From Octopus sinensis (taxonomy: Eukaryota), in contig NC_042997.1 in NCBI RefSeq assembly GCF_006345805.1, forward strand, positions 151,218,001 through 151,282,000: 64,000 bases of DNA, read 5' to 3'. Positions 36,909 to 52,311 of the stretch are shown here, one piece after another. The position numbers and the translations under genes are program-made. The notes beneath the pieces are model-generated. The model was not told the DNA's origin, did not search any database, and saw only the letters and a program-made list of their open reading frames with translations. Numbering within the stretch: the stretch's first letter is position 1; each line of letters starts with the position of its first letter.

Positions 36909-38292
36909 GTGTGTATATATATATATATATGTATATGTATGTGTATGTGTATGTATAAGTGTGTGTTTGTCTGTGTGTATGTTAGCTATGTTTGCAAAAC
37001 GATTTATAGTCACTTTCAGATAAATGCCGAATGACAAGTTGCATGCAAGCCAATGAGTTTGTAATATATTAGTGATAGTGTAGATGGGGAGCGTACTTAA
37101 ATATCAGAATCAGGTGTATTCATAGAAAAACAAAATTTATATATACTCTATATGTTGCTTATAAAATTTATATTTGTCTGGCCTATATTCAAATTTGTGT
37201 GTGAATGTACATCTATGTTCACACGCACATATTCACAAACACGTGCCAACACACACACACACATTCACATACAAACGCACATATACAAATGTATGTATGC
37301 ATATGTGTGTGTGACCGTCTTTGTATTGCATGTACGCACATAGACACAAATAAATAGAAGAGTGTGTAGATTGGGAGATAAATTGATAGGCAGTCAAACA
37401 TTCATTCATGCATGTATGTATGTATAAGTGTATGTACGTATGCATCCATGTATGTATGTATGTATGTATGTATGTATGTATGTATGTGTGTGTGTAGATA
37501 TGTATGTACGCATGTAGGCATGATTGGATAGACATGTGTATGCAAATATGTATATGTTTAAATCAGTCAATCAGTCCTTCAGACTCTAGATGTTATTAAG
37601 ATCTATGTAGTTACACCGTGCATAATCCTATGAAATCAAATTCAGGATTACACTTACAGATCTAAGACTATTTGATCTAAGAGTAATAGTACAAATAAAA
37701 GAACACATAGGACATGTTACTTAAGCTGGAATTGAAAGACTATGACATGCAGCTAAAATAGCCTGCAGCTATCGAAACCATAATAATTTACATGAGATGA
37801 ATAATAGTAAGTTACGTATCACTAAGACCACTTGCAAAGTCCTATACGATTAGTCATCTTTCTATTAAGTACAACATGAAATGCATTCTAATCTGTAGTA
37901 GCGGTTGTCATCATTGATTATTTCCATGGTTTTTATCATTATTTTACTATTATTATTGTGTTTTCTTTTGCTGCATTTTTTAAATGTTTAACAGTTTTGT
38001 TTGTTATTTTATTGTCGTTTGCTTTTTTTCACATTCTCTTCAGCACAAGTAACGGTAGTGATAAGAGCTCGTGTCGGTCTGAGACTGAGAAATTTTATTT
38101 TTATCAATGTTTACCTTAATGAAAACGCCTGCGAGTCAATTTGTCGTGTTGTCACCTCTTTATAAGTCTATCAAAAACAGTAATACTATTCTTGTCACTC
38201 AGTTTACATATCTCTCTCTCACCCATTCTCTCAATCTTTGATTGAAATGTACAAATTCCAACTGCCCCTAACACATCCCGATGTAATATGTG

Positions 38293-38600
<308 letters not shown>

Positions 38601-38614
38601 TGCATATATATGTA

Positions 38615-38828
38615 TATAACGGGAAGTTTTACGAAAATAAACAAAAGACGAAGGCAGGTGGAGTACAAACAAATAATGTATTAATATGGCGCTCAGGAAT
38701 AGAAATAAAACAAGTCTTTTACGTTTCGAGCCTACGCTCTTCGATAGAAAGATACACAGAAAAGAAACAAGGAGAGAAACAAGGAGAGAAAAAAATTGCG
38801 GTAGGGGCTAACGATCCAACATGGCGTT
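38615..38828 (-). mobile_element. Penelope-like terminal repeat with minimal hammerhead-like motif
   Basis: Reverse complement: tcttt-CTATCGA-a-gagc-gtag-gctc-GAAA-cg-TA-aaaga. Homologous to 50215-50405. Confidence 0.7.
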
Positions 38829-39014
38829 CATATATATATGCTTATATACATGCACACATATACATGCGTACATACATAGATGCGTATACATACACACACA
38901 TGCATACGCACGTACAAACTCTCACACACATCGAAGCAGCGAATGGGTAAATTGTGGCCATTTTTATATTTTAGTTTCGTGCAAGCGCATTGTTTTTTAT
39001 TTTGTCGACTACCT

Positions 39015-39200
39015 ATTATAATTGGGTCCGCTGGACACCGTCTGTGTGCAAAACAACACCGTGACACAATTCGCTCTGCCCGAAATTTAGAAACGACATG
39101 CTATACTGCTTGGCATCTGCTTCAGGGATTTCCAACACAAACATTTCAGAGTGTTTAGGTGTCAATCTGTGGATTGTGCAAGCTGCGGACATGTACTGAG
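39015..39200 (+). mobile_element. Tc1/mariner (maT-like) 5' remnant with N-terminal HTH
   Basis: TQFALPEI*KRHAILLGI / GISNTNISECLGVNLWIVQ has the pattern of a paired-type HTH. Confidence 0.5.
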
Positions 39201-39254
39201 AGGGATAAAAATTCTGAAGCTTGAATTTTCTAAAATCCTCAGATATTATTATTA

Positions 39255-39334
<80 letters not shown>

Positions 39335-39337
<3 letters not shown>

Positions 39338-39700
39338 GTTTTTCCTTCTTTCTTCAAATTTTCTTCCGTTTCTCGCCGAGTGTTTACCATACACCTAGGG
39401 CAAAGGAGCTCATTGTATGCATTCCCAGATTACACATGCAAATTCACAGATAAAATATGTATTTAAAAATTAATAAATAAATAAATTCATGGATGGATGT
39501 AGTTTTCACAGCGATAATGCTCTTTTCAGTACATGAGCCGTTCCAGTTAATACGATTTTTTGCACTTCATGTAGGGATGGTAAGCCTGGAATCATTTTCA
39601 AATAAATTTCAGTACTTTTTTTTTTATCATTCCTAGAGATCCTACAATCACTGGAACTGTAGTCGCCTTGAGACGCCACATTTCTACAATTTCTAGTATT
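39335..39700 (-). mobile_element. R4/Dong-type 3' fragment (family C)
   Basis: VEMWRLKATTVPVIVGSLGMIKK / YLKMIPGLPSLHEVQKIVLTGTAHVLKRALSL*, then a 3' UTR with ttgccctagg..aaacactcggc, followed by (TAA)n. Confidence 0.88.
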
Positions 39701-39705
39701 ATTAC

Positions 39706-39825
<120 letters not shown>

Positions 39826-39884
39826 CATTATTATTATTGTTATTATTATTATTATCATTATTATTATTATTTTTATTATTATTA

Positions 39885-41216
<1,332 letters not shown>

Positions 41217-41228
41217 CATTATTATTAT

Positions 41229-41408
41229 AAGTTTGACTTTTGCTTTACATTTGCACAAGCTGGCTCCAAGTCTCTCCCAGACACCTCAAGAGATAACAAG
41301 TTTGAAGTTCATGTTGGTGTTATGTCTAGGGTGCCATATATTTGGTTTTGTACTTTGTGTTGTACTATAAAACCATACGAAAATTATGTTTGCTTTAAAA
41401 CTTGAGAT
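41229..41408 (-). mobile_element. R4/Dong family B 3' UTR
   Basis: The reverse complement aligns with 15560-15779 (atctcaag..aaacataattttcg..aacatgaacttc..tctcttgagg..gagacttggagcca..gcaaaagtcaaac). Confidence 0.85.
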
Positions 41409-41485
41409 TATTATTATTATTATTATTATTATTATTGTTATTAGTATTATTAATATTATTATCATTATTATCATTATTATTATTA

Positions 41486-41536
<51 letters not shown>

Positions 41537-41543
41537 TATTATT

Positions 41544-42100
41544 GAGTGAGAGAGCAGTGCATGCCATCAAAGTGACACTGAGGTAAAATATACGAAGCCC
41601 AATATACCCATCATGACTACCCGTCTGATAAAGGTACACCAGGTACATGCATCACAACCATATGTGCGCGACATGGTGATCTCATATCAAGATAAACAGC
41701 ACATGACCTTGCAGGTGGGGCCCAGTTAGAATTTTCTTCAGGTTGAGTAGCCCATCCCGCTCAAAAGGTCCCTGAATAAGGGTTGTTTAAGGATGTTGAA
41801 AGAACCACCCATGTTTCCAGAGGTGAACTATTCAAACCCCAAAGAATCCCTCTCAACACATGGCTATGATGCTCCCCCACTACTTCTGCTCGTGATCAGA
41901 GATGCACATATCGTCAGCCACTAAGGGAAATGCTCAACTGGTTAAGGTCAAACAACTGACAAGCAAATCTGTGGTATTGAGCAGAATATTTGCTGTAGCC
42001 CATCTTTTATACCAAGACAAAACAATGTACATGATAACACTTCCAAGCAGTTAAGATCAGAAGCCATGAGAGCCACTGCCTGGTACTGCATCAGGGCATT
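41544..42100. mobile_element. Probable non-autonomous interspersed element between (TAA)n tracts
   Basis: 557-bp GC-richer non-coding block bounded sharply by (ATT)n on both sides. No long ORF. Confidence 0.55.
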
Positions 42101-42146
42101 TATTATTATTATTATTATTGTTATTATTATTGTTATTATTATTATT

Positions 42147-42208
<62 letters not shown>

Positions 42209-43190
42209 GGATGGATGGATGGATGGATGGATGGATGGATGGATGGATGGACGACGTAGAAACTAGTTGTATGCCCTGGTCTGACAGACGCCTGACATCA
42301 TCTCTGGAAAACGTATTTAAAATCTAGTCAAAATGAATTAGATTCAGACATTGTAATATGCACATGATTCTCGGCTTCAATAAAACGCCGATAACAAATG
42401 TCACGAAAAAGATTTCATTCGAAATAGAATACTATGATAGTTTTTAAACATCGATAAAAATTGAAAGTTTATTGTCCTGAATAAAACATAGAAAAATAAT
42501 AAAAATATCTGATAAACCAATAAAAAATAAGTTGAATGTGGAGTCTCGTCTTTTTATTAGGGCCGTCCGTCACTGTATACACTTGTATATGCAATACATA
42601 AGTAGTATCACGTTTCCTCTTGCTCTCTCAATTAAGCATGCATTCGCGATTCTCTCTCTCCCCACTCTCTCTCTCCCCACTCTCTCTCTCCCTCTCTCTC
42701 TCCCTCTCTCTCTCTCTCTTTCCCTGTATATGTGTGTAGGGGTGTTTGTGGGGGTGTATGTGCGTGTGCTTTTGTGTGTACATGCGTGTGCGCATGCATG
42801 TGCGCAACCCTGTTTATGGTTGTATGTTAAGTTATATATAATTAGTTGTTTTCAAACTCCTGGGTTATTAAATGCAGTTTTTTATAAAGGACATAGTTGG
42901 AAATTTTACCAGGAAATGTCTGGTAGTGAACCCGTCGAAAATTATATATATATATGTGTGTGTGTGTGTGTAGATAGATAGATAGATGGATAGATAGATG
43001 CATAAATGTATTTACCACAAAAAGAAACTTATCGATGATTCAACGGAATGTTAATGCATGTACGAAGATTTAATATAAACAGCCAAATGTATGCTGTTTG
43101 AGCAGTCCTCACTGATGATCTCTGCGGAATAGACGAAACTAGACGTCTAGTCTGTGTACTTTCGAATCGGCATGGGGCGGTTGCCTCCCC

Positions 43191-43580
43191 TGTCAGAAAC
43201 GTTAACACGCCGGGCGAAATGCGTAGCCGTATTTCGTCTGCCGTTACGTTCTGAGTTCAAATTCCGCCGAGGTCGACTTTGCCTTTCATCCTTCCGGGGT
43301 CGATAAATTAAGTACCAGTTACGCACTGGGGTCGATGCAATCGACTTAATCCGTTTGTCTGTCCTTGATTGTCCTCTCTGTGTTTAGCCCCTTGTGGGTA
43401 GTAAAGAAATAGGTATTTCGTCTGCCGATACGTTCTGAGTTCAAATTCTACAGAGGCAGACTTTGCCTTTCATCCTTTCGGGGTCGATAAAAAAAGTACC
43501 AGTGATACACTCCGGTTGATGCAATCCACTAGTCTCCTCCAAAATTTCAAGGCCTTGTGCCTTCAGTAGACAGGATTAAG
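43191..43580 (+). mobile_element. Main-family SINE with one extra tandem body unit
   Basis: Head, full ~184-bp unit, re-entry at aataggtatttcg (43412), then the terminal ggccttgtgcc tail. Confidence 0.92.
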
Positions 43581-43783
43581 TGTATTTTAACTCTTATTTT
43601 TAGTAACGTAAGAACGTCGGCACGCTTAGTTACAATTAGGGATAATTAAATTTTTCCTTTATGGTATCACATTGCGTCTAGATACTTAATCAATTTTAAA
43701 CACACACATATAACTACATGTGCGTGTGTGTTTCTTTGTGTGTATGCAATTCTTAGCAACAGAAGCTGAATAAATATCAAAAG

Positions 43784-43848
<65 letters not shown>

Positions 43849-46739
43849 ATATATATATATCTATATATATATATATATCTGCTCGCTTAAAAATGGATAC
43901 TCTGCTAGAATTTCAATATATATACACAGGTTATATATAGTGCAGATTTGCAGTGGCAGGGCGCATTTGATGCTTATTTTCAGCATATAGGCGTGGTGGC
44001 TTTCGTCGCATTAAGTATAATTGTATCCTATACTATTATATACATACGTGTGTGTGTTTGTGTGTGTGTGTGTGTGTGTATGTGTGTGTGCGTGCGTGCG
44101 TGTGTGTGTGTGTGTGTGAATGTGTGTGTTCGTGTGTGTGTGTGTGTGCGTGTGCATTAGGTAGATAGATATACAGAGACAGAAAGACCGGTAGACCTAT
44201 GGACGGGCGGACGGACAGACAGAGAGGTAGAGAATTAGATAGATAATGTATTGTGGTTATGTGTTGTGTGTTTATGCCAAAACGCACTCACACACGTATC
44301 TCTCTTTATGTATCAGCCACATACTTTCGTTTGCATATTCACTTCCAATTTTGTAACAGGATATTTCCAGCTGTCTAGAACCTCTGTGAACATACTCTCA
44401 AGATTGTCATTATACTTGGTGGCAACAGTCTATTCGTTTCGAATGTAATACAACATACTCTGTATGTTATAGTCCGCCTCAACTACACCCCATACAATTT
44501 TATATCATGAAAGGAGCGACAGTGAATAATGCTGGAAGCTACTCTGACAGTTATTCTTTTTTGTTTTATTCTCATGAACCACTACCAGTCTTTTCTCCCT
44601 TGGCTCTGGTTAATTACTACTCCATTAGATGTTGTTTATAAAACCCTGACGCCGTTGACTTGTTTAAGGCAATTTCGAAATGACATATCGAATATTTGCG
44701 ATGTAAAATCACAGCTTATCGTGTCTTGAATAGACCACCTTGAAGAATAAAGACAAGAAAGGGGAAAACATATAATATATGGAGATAAGATGAAAATAAA
44801 TAAGAAGCAAAGAGAGAAAGGGAGAACAGAACTGATGTGAAATGAAAGTCAGTGGAGAGAAAACGAAGGAAGCGTAGTTGTGGGAGGAGAAATATATATG
44901 GGGTAACATTATCATCGGTTCACTGATTCCTTAGGAACGGTAGAATAACATGACGATATGACATGAACCGGTCATGAAAACACCAACTTCACAACTGAAA
45001 CAACCTTTACAGTTAAGTGAAACGAAAATACAATATATTTATTTTGAGATAATCTAAATAGACTAGGTGTTTTTCTCGTCAGAAGAACAAAATTTGCTAG
45101 ATTTTCACACACACTTTTCTCTTGTGACATTCAAATAATTTTCTAATAGCTCCGCACTTGTACATAATATTTCTCAAAATTGTTTGGGTGAGGTAGGCAG
45201 TAATATTATTGTCTAGTACCTTAAGCGAATTAATTCACTTTAGAATCGAAATATTTTAGCTTGTAATTTATCCTAAAATGCATCGTATATATTATCCATC
45301 AAAATAATTTGCAAATATTAATATATGGAGAATTAGTTTTCCTTAAGTATCGTTTACGCTGAAAAGTAATCTCTCTAAGCCACTTTAAAAGAGATAGACG
45401 CAGCTGAACTTTATAGCAAATTAGTAACTTTGCTTAATGTTTTCGTGTTGTTGTCAAGTGAATAAATTGATTTTTCTTCATCATTAAAACAACCGATATT
45501 TGTTTTGTTGCAGTTTTTCATGCTGTTGTTGTGAAACCCCAATATCACTCATGATTAAACAGAACAGTTATTAAAATAAATTATTCCTCTATTTTTTCTT
45601 GATGTATATATGTATATGTGTGTGTTTGTGCGTGTACGCCTGTATTCTTATATGTCTGTATGCTTGTGTGTATGTATATATGTATGCATGTGAGCATAGA
45701 GTATGTGGATGGATATATGTATGTAAAAGTTATGAAAGAAAGGGAAAGACAATGGAATAGACAAAACTCACTTTTTCATTAAAATCGATTCACGATGGGC
45801 CGAGACGATCGTAGTGAATAATAAAGAATTTCATGAATTCCATTTTCTTACTCATTTTCTCATATATTTTTATTATAAACTCTACGGACACGAAGGAATC
45901 TCTGAAGTAAATCCAGTGGCGTTTAAACCCATAGTCTTCACATTGTCAGGTAGCCAAATACCGTGAAGGAGCTCTTAACGGTATACTAATAGGTGTATAC
46001 CCAAATTTAAAATTTTTATGTAAGTATGCATGCAGTTTTGTATAAATATATACGAGTATGTATGTATGTATGTATGTATGTATGTATGTATGTATCTATG
46101 CATGAATGAATGAATATATGCATGTGTGTATAAATATGTACGTATGTATGTATGTTTGTATGCATGCATGCATGTATGTTTGCATGTAACTATGTATGCA
46201 TGCATATATGTATATATGTATTCAATCGTTTAGATATTTGGATATACGTTCTACCACATGCGAAGGGGAATAGGCTAATCGATGTAGTGTTTGTCACAGG
46301 AAAACACCTACATTCGCATTCGAGTCGTCCGCGAAGTATGAAGAATAAATGTGAAGGTCAGTGTTTTGATTCCAAATTTTAGCAATATATGTAACGATTT
46401 GTTATTGGTTTGTAGATATCAGAATGAATCAGCGAACAAACTCTTCGCTGAAGTTATAAACAAGACAATTAGCTCTTCTTAGATTCAGTGTTCCGAGGGC
46501 GTTTTTGCTGAAGCGACACAATGATGATGAAGCACCTGCTGCATCAGTATCTCTCGTGCTAATGAATCGAGTATCCTATGAAAACATGCACGTCGTAAAA
46601 GAGAAGCTATTCTTCTGTGACATGTAATTTATGTAGATTCATACACGCACATGCACACACAAAAGTACACGTATTATATGCGTATACATACAGACATACA
46701 AATATACCTAGGTACATATATACATACACACACACATAT

Positions 46740-46772
<33 letters not shown>

Positions 46773-46991
46773 TATACATACATACATACATATATACATA
46801 CATACATACATGCATACATACATACATACATAATACATACATACGTACATACATGCATACATAAGTACATCCCATGACCAACTTTGCATACATGCGGCTG
46901 ATAACAGTATAAGACTTCGAGGGCAACTCTTTGAGCAACACCTTTTGTCTGATAACCTAGAATACATGCCCAAAGATGTTGCACGACTCTA

Positions 46992-47068
46992 AACTGTGTC
47001 TTATGTTTGAGATATGCAATAAGTGGCGTCACTTTAACCCGCCTCTTTTGAAGAAGGCTTTGTAGCAT
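46992..47068. repeat. 77-bp direct repeat, copy 1 (copy 2 at 48846-48922)
   Basis: aactgtgtcttatgtttgagatatgcaataagtgg...gaagaaggctttgtagcat, with 2 mismatches between copies. Confidence 0.95.
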
Positions 47069-47074
47069 TTTGTC

Positions 47075-48442
47075 GGGTTAGGAGACGAAATAGGGAGTTG
47101 GTGATGATGATTTCGTGCTCAGCGCAAAGGCCCAGCAGGAGTCGGCCCTTGACATTGCACTTCACAATGCCGTAAGATGAAGAATGCCGTTTCACAGACA
47201 ATGGTCACGGCTGAGTCTGCCGTGAAAGTCCCCCAACATGACGAGTTTGTCATACACGGAGACTGTTCTGATAGTGCGGGCCAGCAGGATGTAGAACGAA
47301 GCCTTTACGTCGTCTTGAGAGGAGGTGTTAGGGGCGTACACAGAGATCAGTGTAAGAGATCTGTGCCGAATAGGCGGGATACGAACATTCATCAGGCGCT
47401 CGCTGACAGCAGTTGGGACGAGTCTGTGTGGGTCCACGAGTTGCGTTTTGATGGCAAGGCCAACTCCATGTATGCGTAGTTCGTTAGGCTACTGTCCCTT
47501 CTAAAAATGATGTATTTGGAGCCAGTTTCGCTGATGCTGCCTTTTCCGGGTCAAGGCTGTCACATCGATGCTGAAGCAGGCAACATCATGCAGACGAGGG
47601 TTGTACGTCGCTCCAGAGTAACGTCATTCTTGTCCTGGAGAGTGGGAATGTTCCAGGCCCCAAAAGTGAGATGTTGTGAAACAAAGGATTTAGTAGTCGA
47701 TGATGAATGAGTAGAAGTAGAGTCCTGACGGCTGAGTAGGAAGTCCGCCAGTTGCAGTATGCTGGCCAGATCGAGTTGCAATGTTCGATGTTTACCCCCA
47801 CCTTTTCTAGGGGTTTCCCCTTGAGGGATGGGCTGCAGTAAGCCTAAAGAGACCAGCGTAGTCACATGTCCAGCTGCCGAACTCCAATGTCACGGCTATT
47901 CATTGGAAAGAGATACCATCTGAGATTCACCGCCAATGTGTGGTCCCGGACTAGAGGCTTCCAGCTTTCTCGACCTGCCTCCGTCGCTCGCCTTACCATT
48001 GGCATAGGGCTTATTATTATTATTCTATTTTTTGTCTTGAGACTCAAAGTGTAGAAAGACGAAGCCAGTCGCTGACTAAATTATTTGAGGTGAAACTCGC
48101 TGCGCGAAGGCCATCGCATGCACTTGGCCACAGCGGCTCACGAATTGAGAAGTGCAGTCTATATAGCTGGTTGCAGCGAGTTGCTGGAGTCTATCCGCCT
48201 TTGTCACGCCTGCTCGCCAGGCGTTACTCTCTTCCACCGGAGTAATTCTTTAGGGTCTTGAGATTGCCCTCCTCTGTTTATTTCGCCGCTGGGGCCTTGA
48301 TGTTGAAGTTTGGTCGTGTTTAGTCTTGGATCTCATCTTCGACTTTGCCCGCATGGGTGGCCCTACCAGGAGGCTTAGAATCCGGATGTCATCGCTCTAG
48401 GAATCATTGAAACACACAAGCTCTTCCACCACTGCAAAGAAC
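47075..48442 (-). mobile_element. RTE-clade LINE 5' fragment (5' UTR plus AP endonuclease)
   Basis: LTFGAWNIPTLQD...ERRTTLV; SERLMNVRIP...LTLISVYAPN..S.DDVKASFY...DKLVMLGDF. 5' UTR motif gtggtggaagagcttgtgtgtttcaatga..cctggtagggccacccatg. Confidence 0.9.
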
Positions 48443-48845
48443 GTCCATCAGAAGAGATACATACATACATATATACATATATAGAATTACATAATCCAAT
48501 AAGTCTTCCTTTAGATGAAAGTTTAAGGTATGTTGTGTGAGAGATTTATATATTATTTTGTTATACATTTGTGAACAATTTTGTCATTGGTTTTGTTTTC
48601 CAAGGCATCAATTATGGGTTCATTTTAATATCCAATGCCGTATGGAACGCTACGTCTTTATTTCCTATGTCTTGCAAGCCAATGTGACAGTAGTGCCACT
48701 CTGGGAAGAACTGGAAGTCGAGTGCGCATAACTGTTGACCGGAATTTGCGTTTTTGCACAGTACTGAGAGCCTGCGCATAAGGGCTCTTGTAATACATCA
48801 CACCCTATACATCGGTCGATGGAACCATTGCCGAGAAATCTAATG

Positions 48846-48922
48846 AACTGTGTCTTATGTTTGAGATATGCAATAAGTGGTGCCACTTTAACCCGCCTCT
48901 TTTGAAGAAGGCTTTGTAGCAT
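48846..48922. repeat. 77-bp direct repeat, copy 2
   Basis: Matches 46992-47068. Confidence 0.95.
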
Positions 48923-49732
48923 CAATCCCATGTATTCGAGTAATTTCTTTTACTTCAGCTAAAGTTAGTTGTTTGAATATATTTCTCCGGGTATAAACAG
49001 GCCTACCCCAGAATACTTCAGACTTGAACTTAGCTCTGCTTCCTTTTACAGTTTGCCTGTTATTTTTTAAAGCGAGTTAAGCATCTGTGCATCTCTAATA
49101 AAAATGTTCTAGTGAAATCATTTTGCTGCTTATGTGTTTATTCTGAATAATCTCAAACAGCCTTTACATAAGCAGTGTGTACTCATCAAATTCTTAATGA
49201 CTACAGAAATAGATTTTTGCATTGGCAGGAAAACCAGATGGGATAATGGGAAAAATTGGATGCTTGATTTATGTTATTTATATGAACTTTCTAAACATAC
49301 GAACGACATTTAAGTGAAATGGACTAGCATCTGGAAATTGAAGATCCCACACAAATATATCTTTGCAGGAGCTTAATTTAAGTTAATCAGGATCCAAATA
49401 AATTTAGTGCATTCAAGACACGTATACGGTATTTCAAAACAGCGCTATTATGTAACCAACTCATATATCCCTGTGTAATACATTGCAAATGCCAGCGAAA
49501 TTCAGCTTAGTCTTAAGAGATATTATGTATTAAAGTTTACATAAAGCATGTTTCTTGAGTGAAGTAGTTGAGAAATAAAATTGAAAACTGGATAGAATGC
49601 TACTGAAAATTAAGTTCAACAGAGCTTCTTTCAACGAAAAAGTAGTATTAAGAACTCGTTGTCAACGGTGTAGCACGCAAAACGGAGGACTTCTGTGTAG
49701 TTACTGACCTGCATGAACTAGATACGAATTTC

Positions 49733-49776
<44 letters not shown>

Positions 49777-49788
49777 TTATATATATAT

Positions 49789-49841
<53 letters not shown>

Positions 49842-50214
49842 TACCATTCCAGTCGCGGGTCATTCTAACACAAGAAAGCTAAAAACAGCCACGTGGATCC
49901 CGTTGATACCAGCAAGAAAAAATAATGAACTTCTTTACTACACTCAACTTGAAATTTATAGCTAGTATACCTACTACCGACAAAACACCACCACATCGAT
50001 TCTATTGAGACCAGTAAGAAACAATCATGAACTTTTCTATTACACTTTACTTTTTAAAAATATTTTTGATAAGGTTCGTTTTTTCAAGAACCGAAACATG
50101 TAAAATTCATAAGAAAATTAAAATTGATATAATATAGTGGCGTTTTCAAACTCCTTTTTTACAAATATATACCCACTCGTAAACGATCTACTCTTATTAT
50201 AAATATATATATAT

Positions 50215-50500
50215 ATATATAGAAGAGTTCACGAAAAAAACAAAAGGCGAAGACAGGTGATGTAGAAAACAAACGGATGTTTTAGTATAACGCTCAGGAA
50301 GAGAAAAAGTCCTTCACGTTTCGAGCCTACGCTCTTCTACGGAAAGGGACACAGAGAAACAAGGAGAAAAAAAAATGTAGTGGCTACCGATCTATCATGG
50401 CGACTGCCGGACAACAGGGTCACACAGAAGACGAAGAAGTAGGGGAGATAACAAAGTAAAGATGACTCCCACAACGAAGGTGCGTGCGTGTATAAGAGAG
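50215..50500 (-). mobile_element. Penelope-like terminal repeat with minimal hammerhead-like motif
   Basis: Reverse complement: ccttt-CCGTAGA-a-gagc-gtag-gctc-GAAA-cg-TG-aagga. Homologous to 38615-38828. Confidence 0.7.
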
Positions 50501-51789
50501 TACATGTGTGTGTATATATATATATATATATTATATATATTATATATATATAGAAAATGATTATCCCTAAGTCTACATTGGATAATGTAGTAACCAAAAC
50601 AACATCTCAAGACAATGCGGCGAATATTCGCTCTGGAAATATTTTCTATCATCATTATACTCGATCATTGAGATAAAGAACAATAGTAGCGAAAAAGACA
50701 CGTCCTTAATTGATATTTTACAAAGAAAGAAAAATAAATAACTGAAACACATTCTTAAACACACGAATAAGATTAGCTCCCGTGGATTTCATTCTCAGGC
50801 CAGTAGCAATATTTAAGTCTTTCACATAGTGTTGGTTCATCAGTCAGTCAAATTATATTTACTGGGAATGGAGGAAAACCAGCACGCAAGACAAAATCGA
50901 TCTTAGCTTCAAAAATAAGTTAGTCCGATGTACTTGCTAAGATAATAAGATATTTCTTCCCTCTGTCAGAATTGAATATAAAGAATAGGCGAAATAAATT
51001 TAATGGCAGAATTGTATTTTGTAGAATGGACGAATATTTCTTTAAATGTTTTTGAAAATTGAGATATATGGAAACCCACTATTATCGGAATAATATAATG
51101 AGTGCAGTTAACATTGAATATTATTGAATATAATAATTAAGATAGTAATAAAATTGAAAATAAAAACAAATTTAACTTTTTCGTTAAGATACTTTTTCCG
51201 CTATCTTATGATTTGGGTATATTTTGGCTTCTACCATACTGCTACCATCAACTTGTTGAGATAGTCATTACATTTATAGCAAACATTGCAAATAATTGTT
51301 AAAATGTTCATAAACATTATCTGCGACCTACTTTTATTTGCTATTGAAACTATATCATTCACTATCAATCACAGCTAGTACTCTTTAGAAAGTGCAAAAA
51401 CAACATTACTTTCAATTCTCACTAATCTACATCTAAAAGTATCGTGATTCCAGTGAAAAAAATTAATAGATTCATCAACTTTAATGTAACTTTCTTTCAT
51501 ATTACATTAGTTTCTAATTATAAAATTCATCCAATGATTACTATTTGAATTTTTAAAATGTATAATAGCTGGTCTGTTTTTATTACTGATTATAGTTATC
51601 GTGGTTAATATATTTTTGTTCGGTCATTTATATTTTTATCATTTGCAAATATTTTATCAAAGATTATATATCTCAGAACTAATTAGGATCGACATCGAAA
51701 ATTAGCCTTGAATAAATTTTCGTGTTACTGCATTTATTTCTACATAATTGAGCCCTGCGGCTCTTGGACATCTACTGCAGAAGTTGAGT

Positions 51790-52010
51790 ATATTCTTTTC
51801 TACTCTAGGCACAATGCCCGAAATTACTGGGAAGGGGGCCAGTCCATTAGATCGATCGCAGTATGCAACTGGTACTTAATTTATAGACACCACCGAATTG
51901 ATGAGAGGGAAAGTCGAGATCGGCGGAATTTGAAATCAGAACATAAAGACAAACGAAATACTGCTAAGCATTTTGCACGTCGTGCTAACGTTTCTGCCAG
52001 CTCGCCGCCT
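51790..52010 (-). mobile_element. tRNA-derived SINE (main family)
   Basis: gaaagtcgagatcggcggaatttgaaatcagaac...ctgccagctcgccgcc. Confidence 0.88.
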
Positions 52011-52044
52011 TAGAAGTTGAGTATATTGAATGATAACTCATTTA

Positions 52045-52210
52045 AGCCGGAATATGTCAGTGAAAGTATGATTATCTGCCGTTACGTTCTGAGTTCAAAT
52101 TCCGCCGAGGTCGACTTTGCCTTTCATCCTTTCGTGGTCGATAAATTAAGTACCAGTTGCGTATTCCTCAAAATTGCGGGCCTTGTGCCTAGAGTAGAAA
52201 AGAATATTTT
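52045..52210 (+). mobile_element. tRNA-derived SINE (main family), with internal deletion
   Basis: tctgccgttacgttctgagttcaaattccgccgaggtcgactttgcctttcatcc...ggccttgtgcctagagtagaaaagaat. Confidence 0.92.
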
Positions 52211-52311
52211 TTCTCCACGTAATTATTTAATTTCCACTGCATGTCAAGCTGAAGTGCATCAGGTTCAATGTAGTTTTGCATACCTTATTTCTAGCGTTGA
52301 GTTTATAATCT

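Noticed and set aside
42263-42290. Possible Helitron 3' end on the minus strand (gtctg-t-cagac hairpin, then CTAG)
   Set aside because: The hairpin is too short and no matching 5' end or second copy is visible.
46290-46330. Plus-strand micro-exon-like segment (tttgtcacag ... gaa/gtatga), and a similar one at 23252-23300
   Set aside because: Splice-like pairs this short arise often by chance in AT-rich DNA, and there is no supporting homology.
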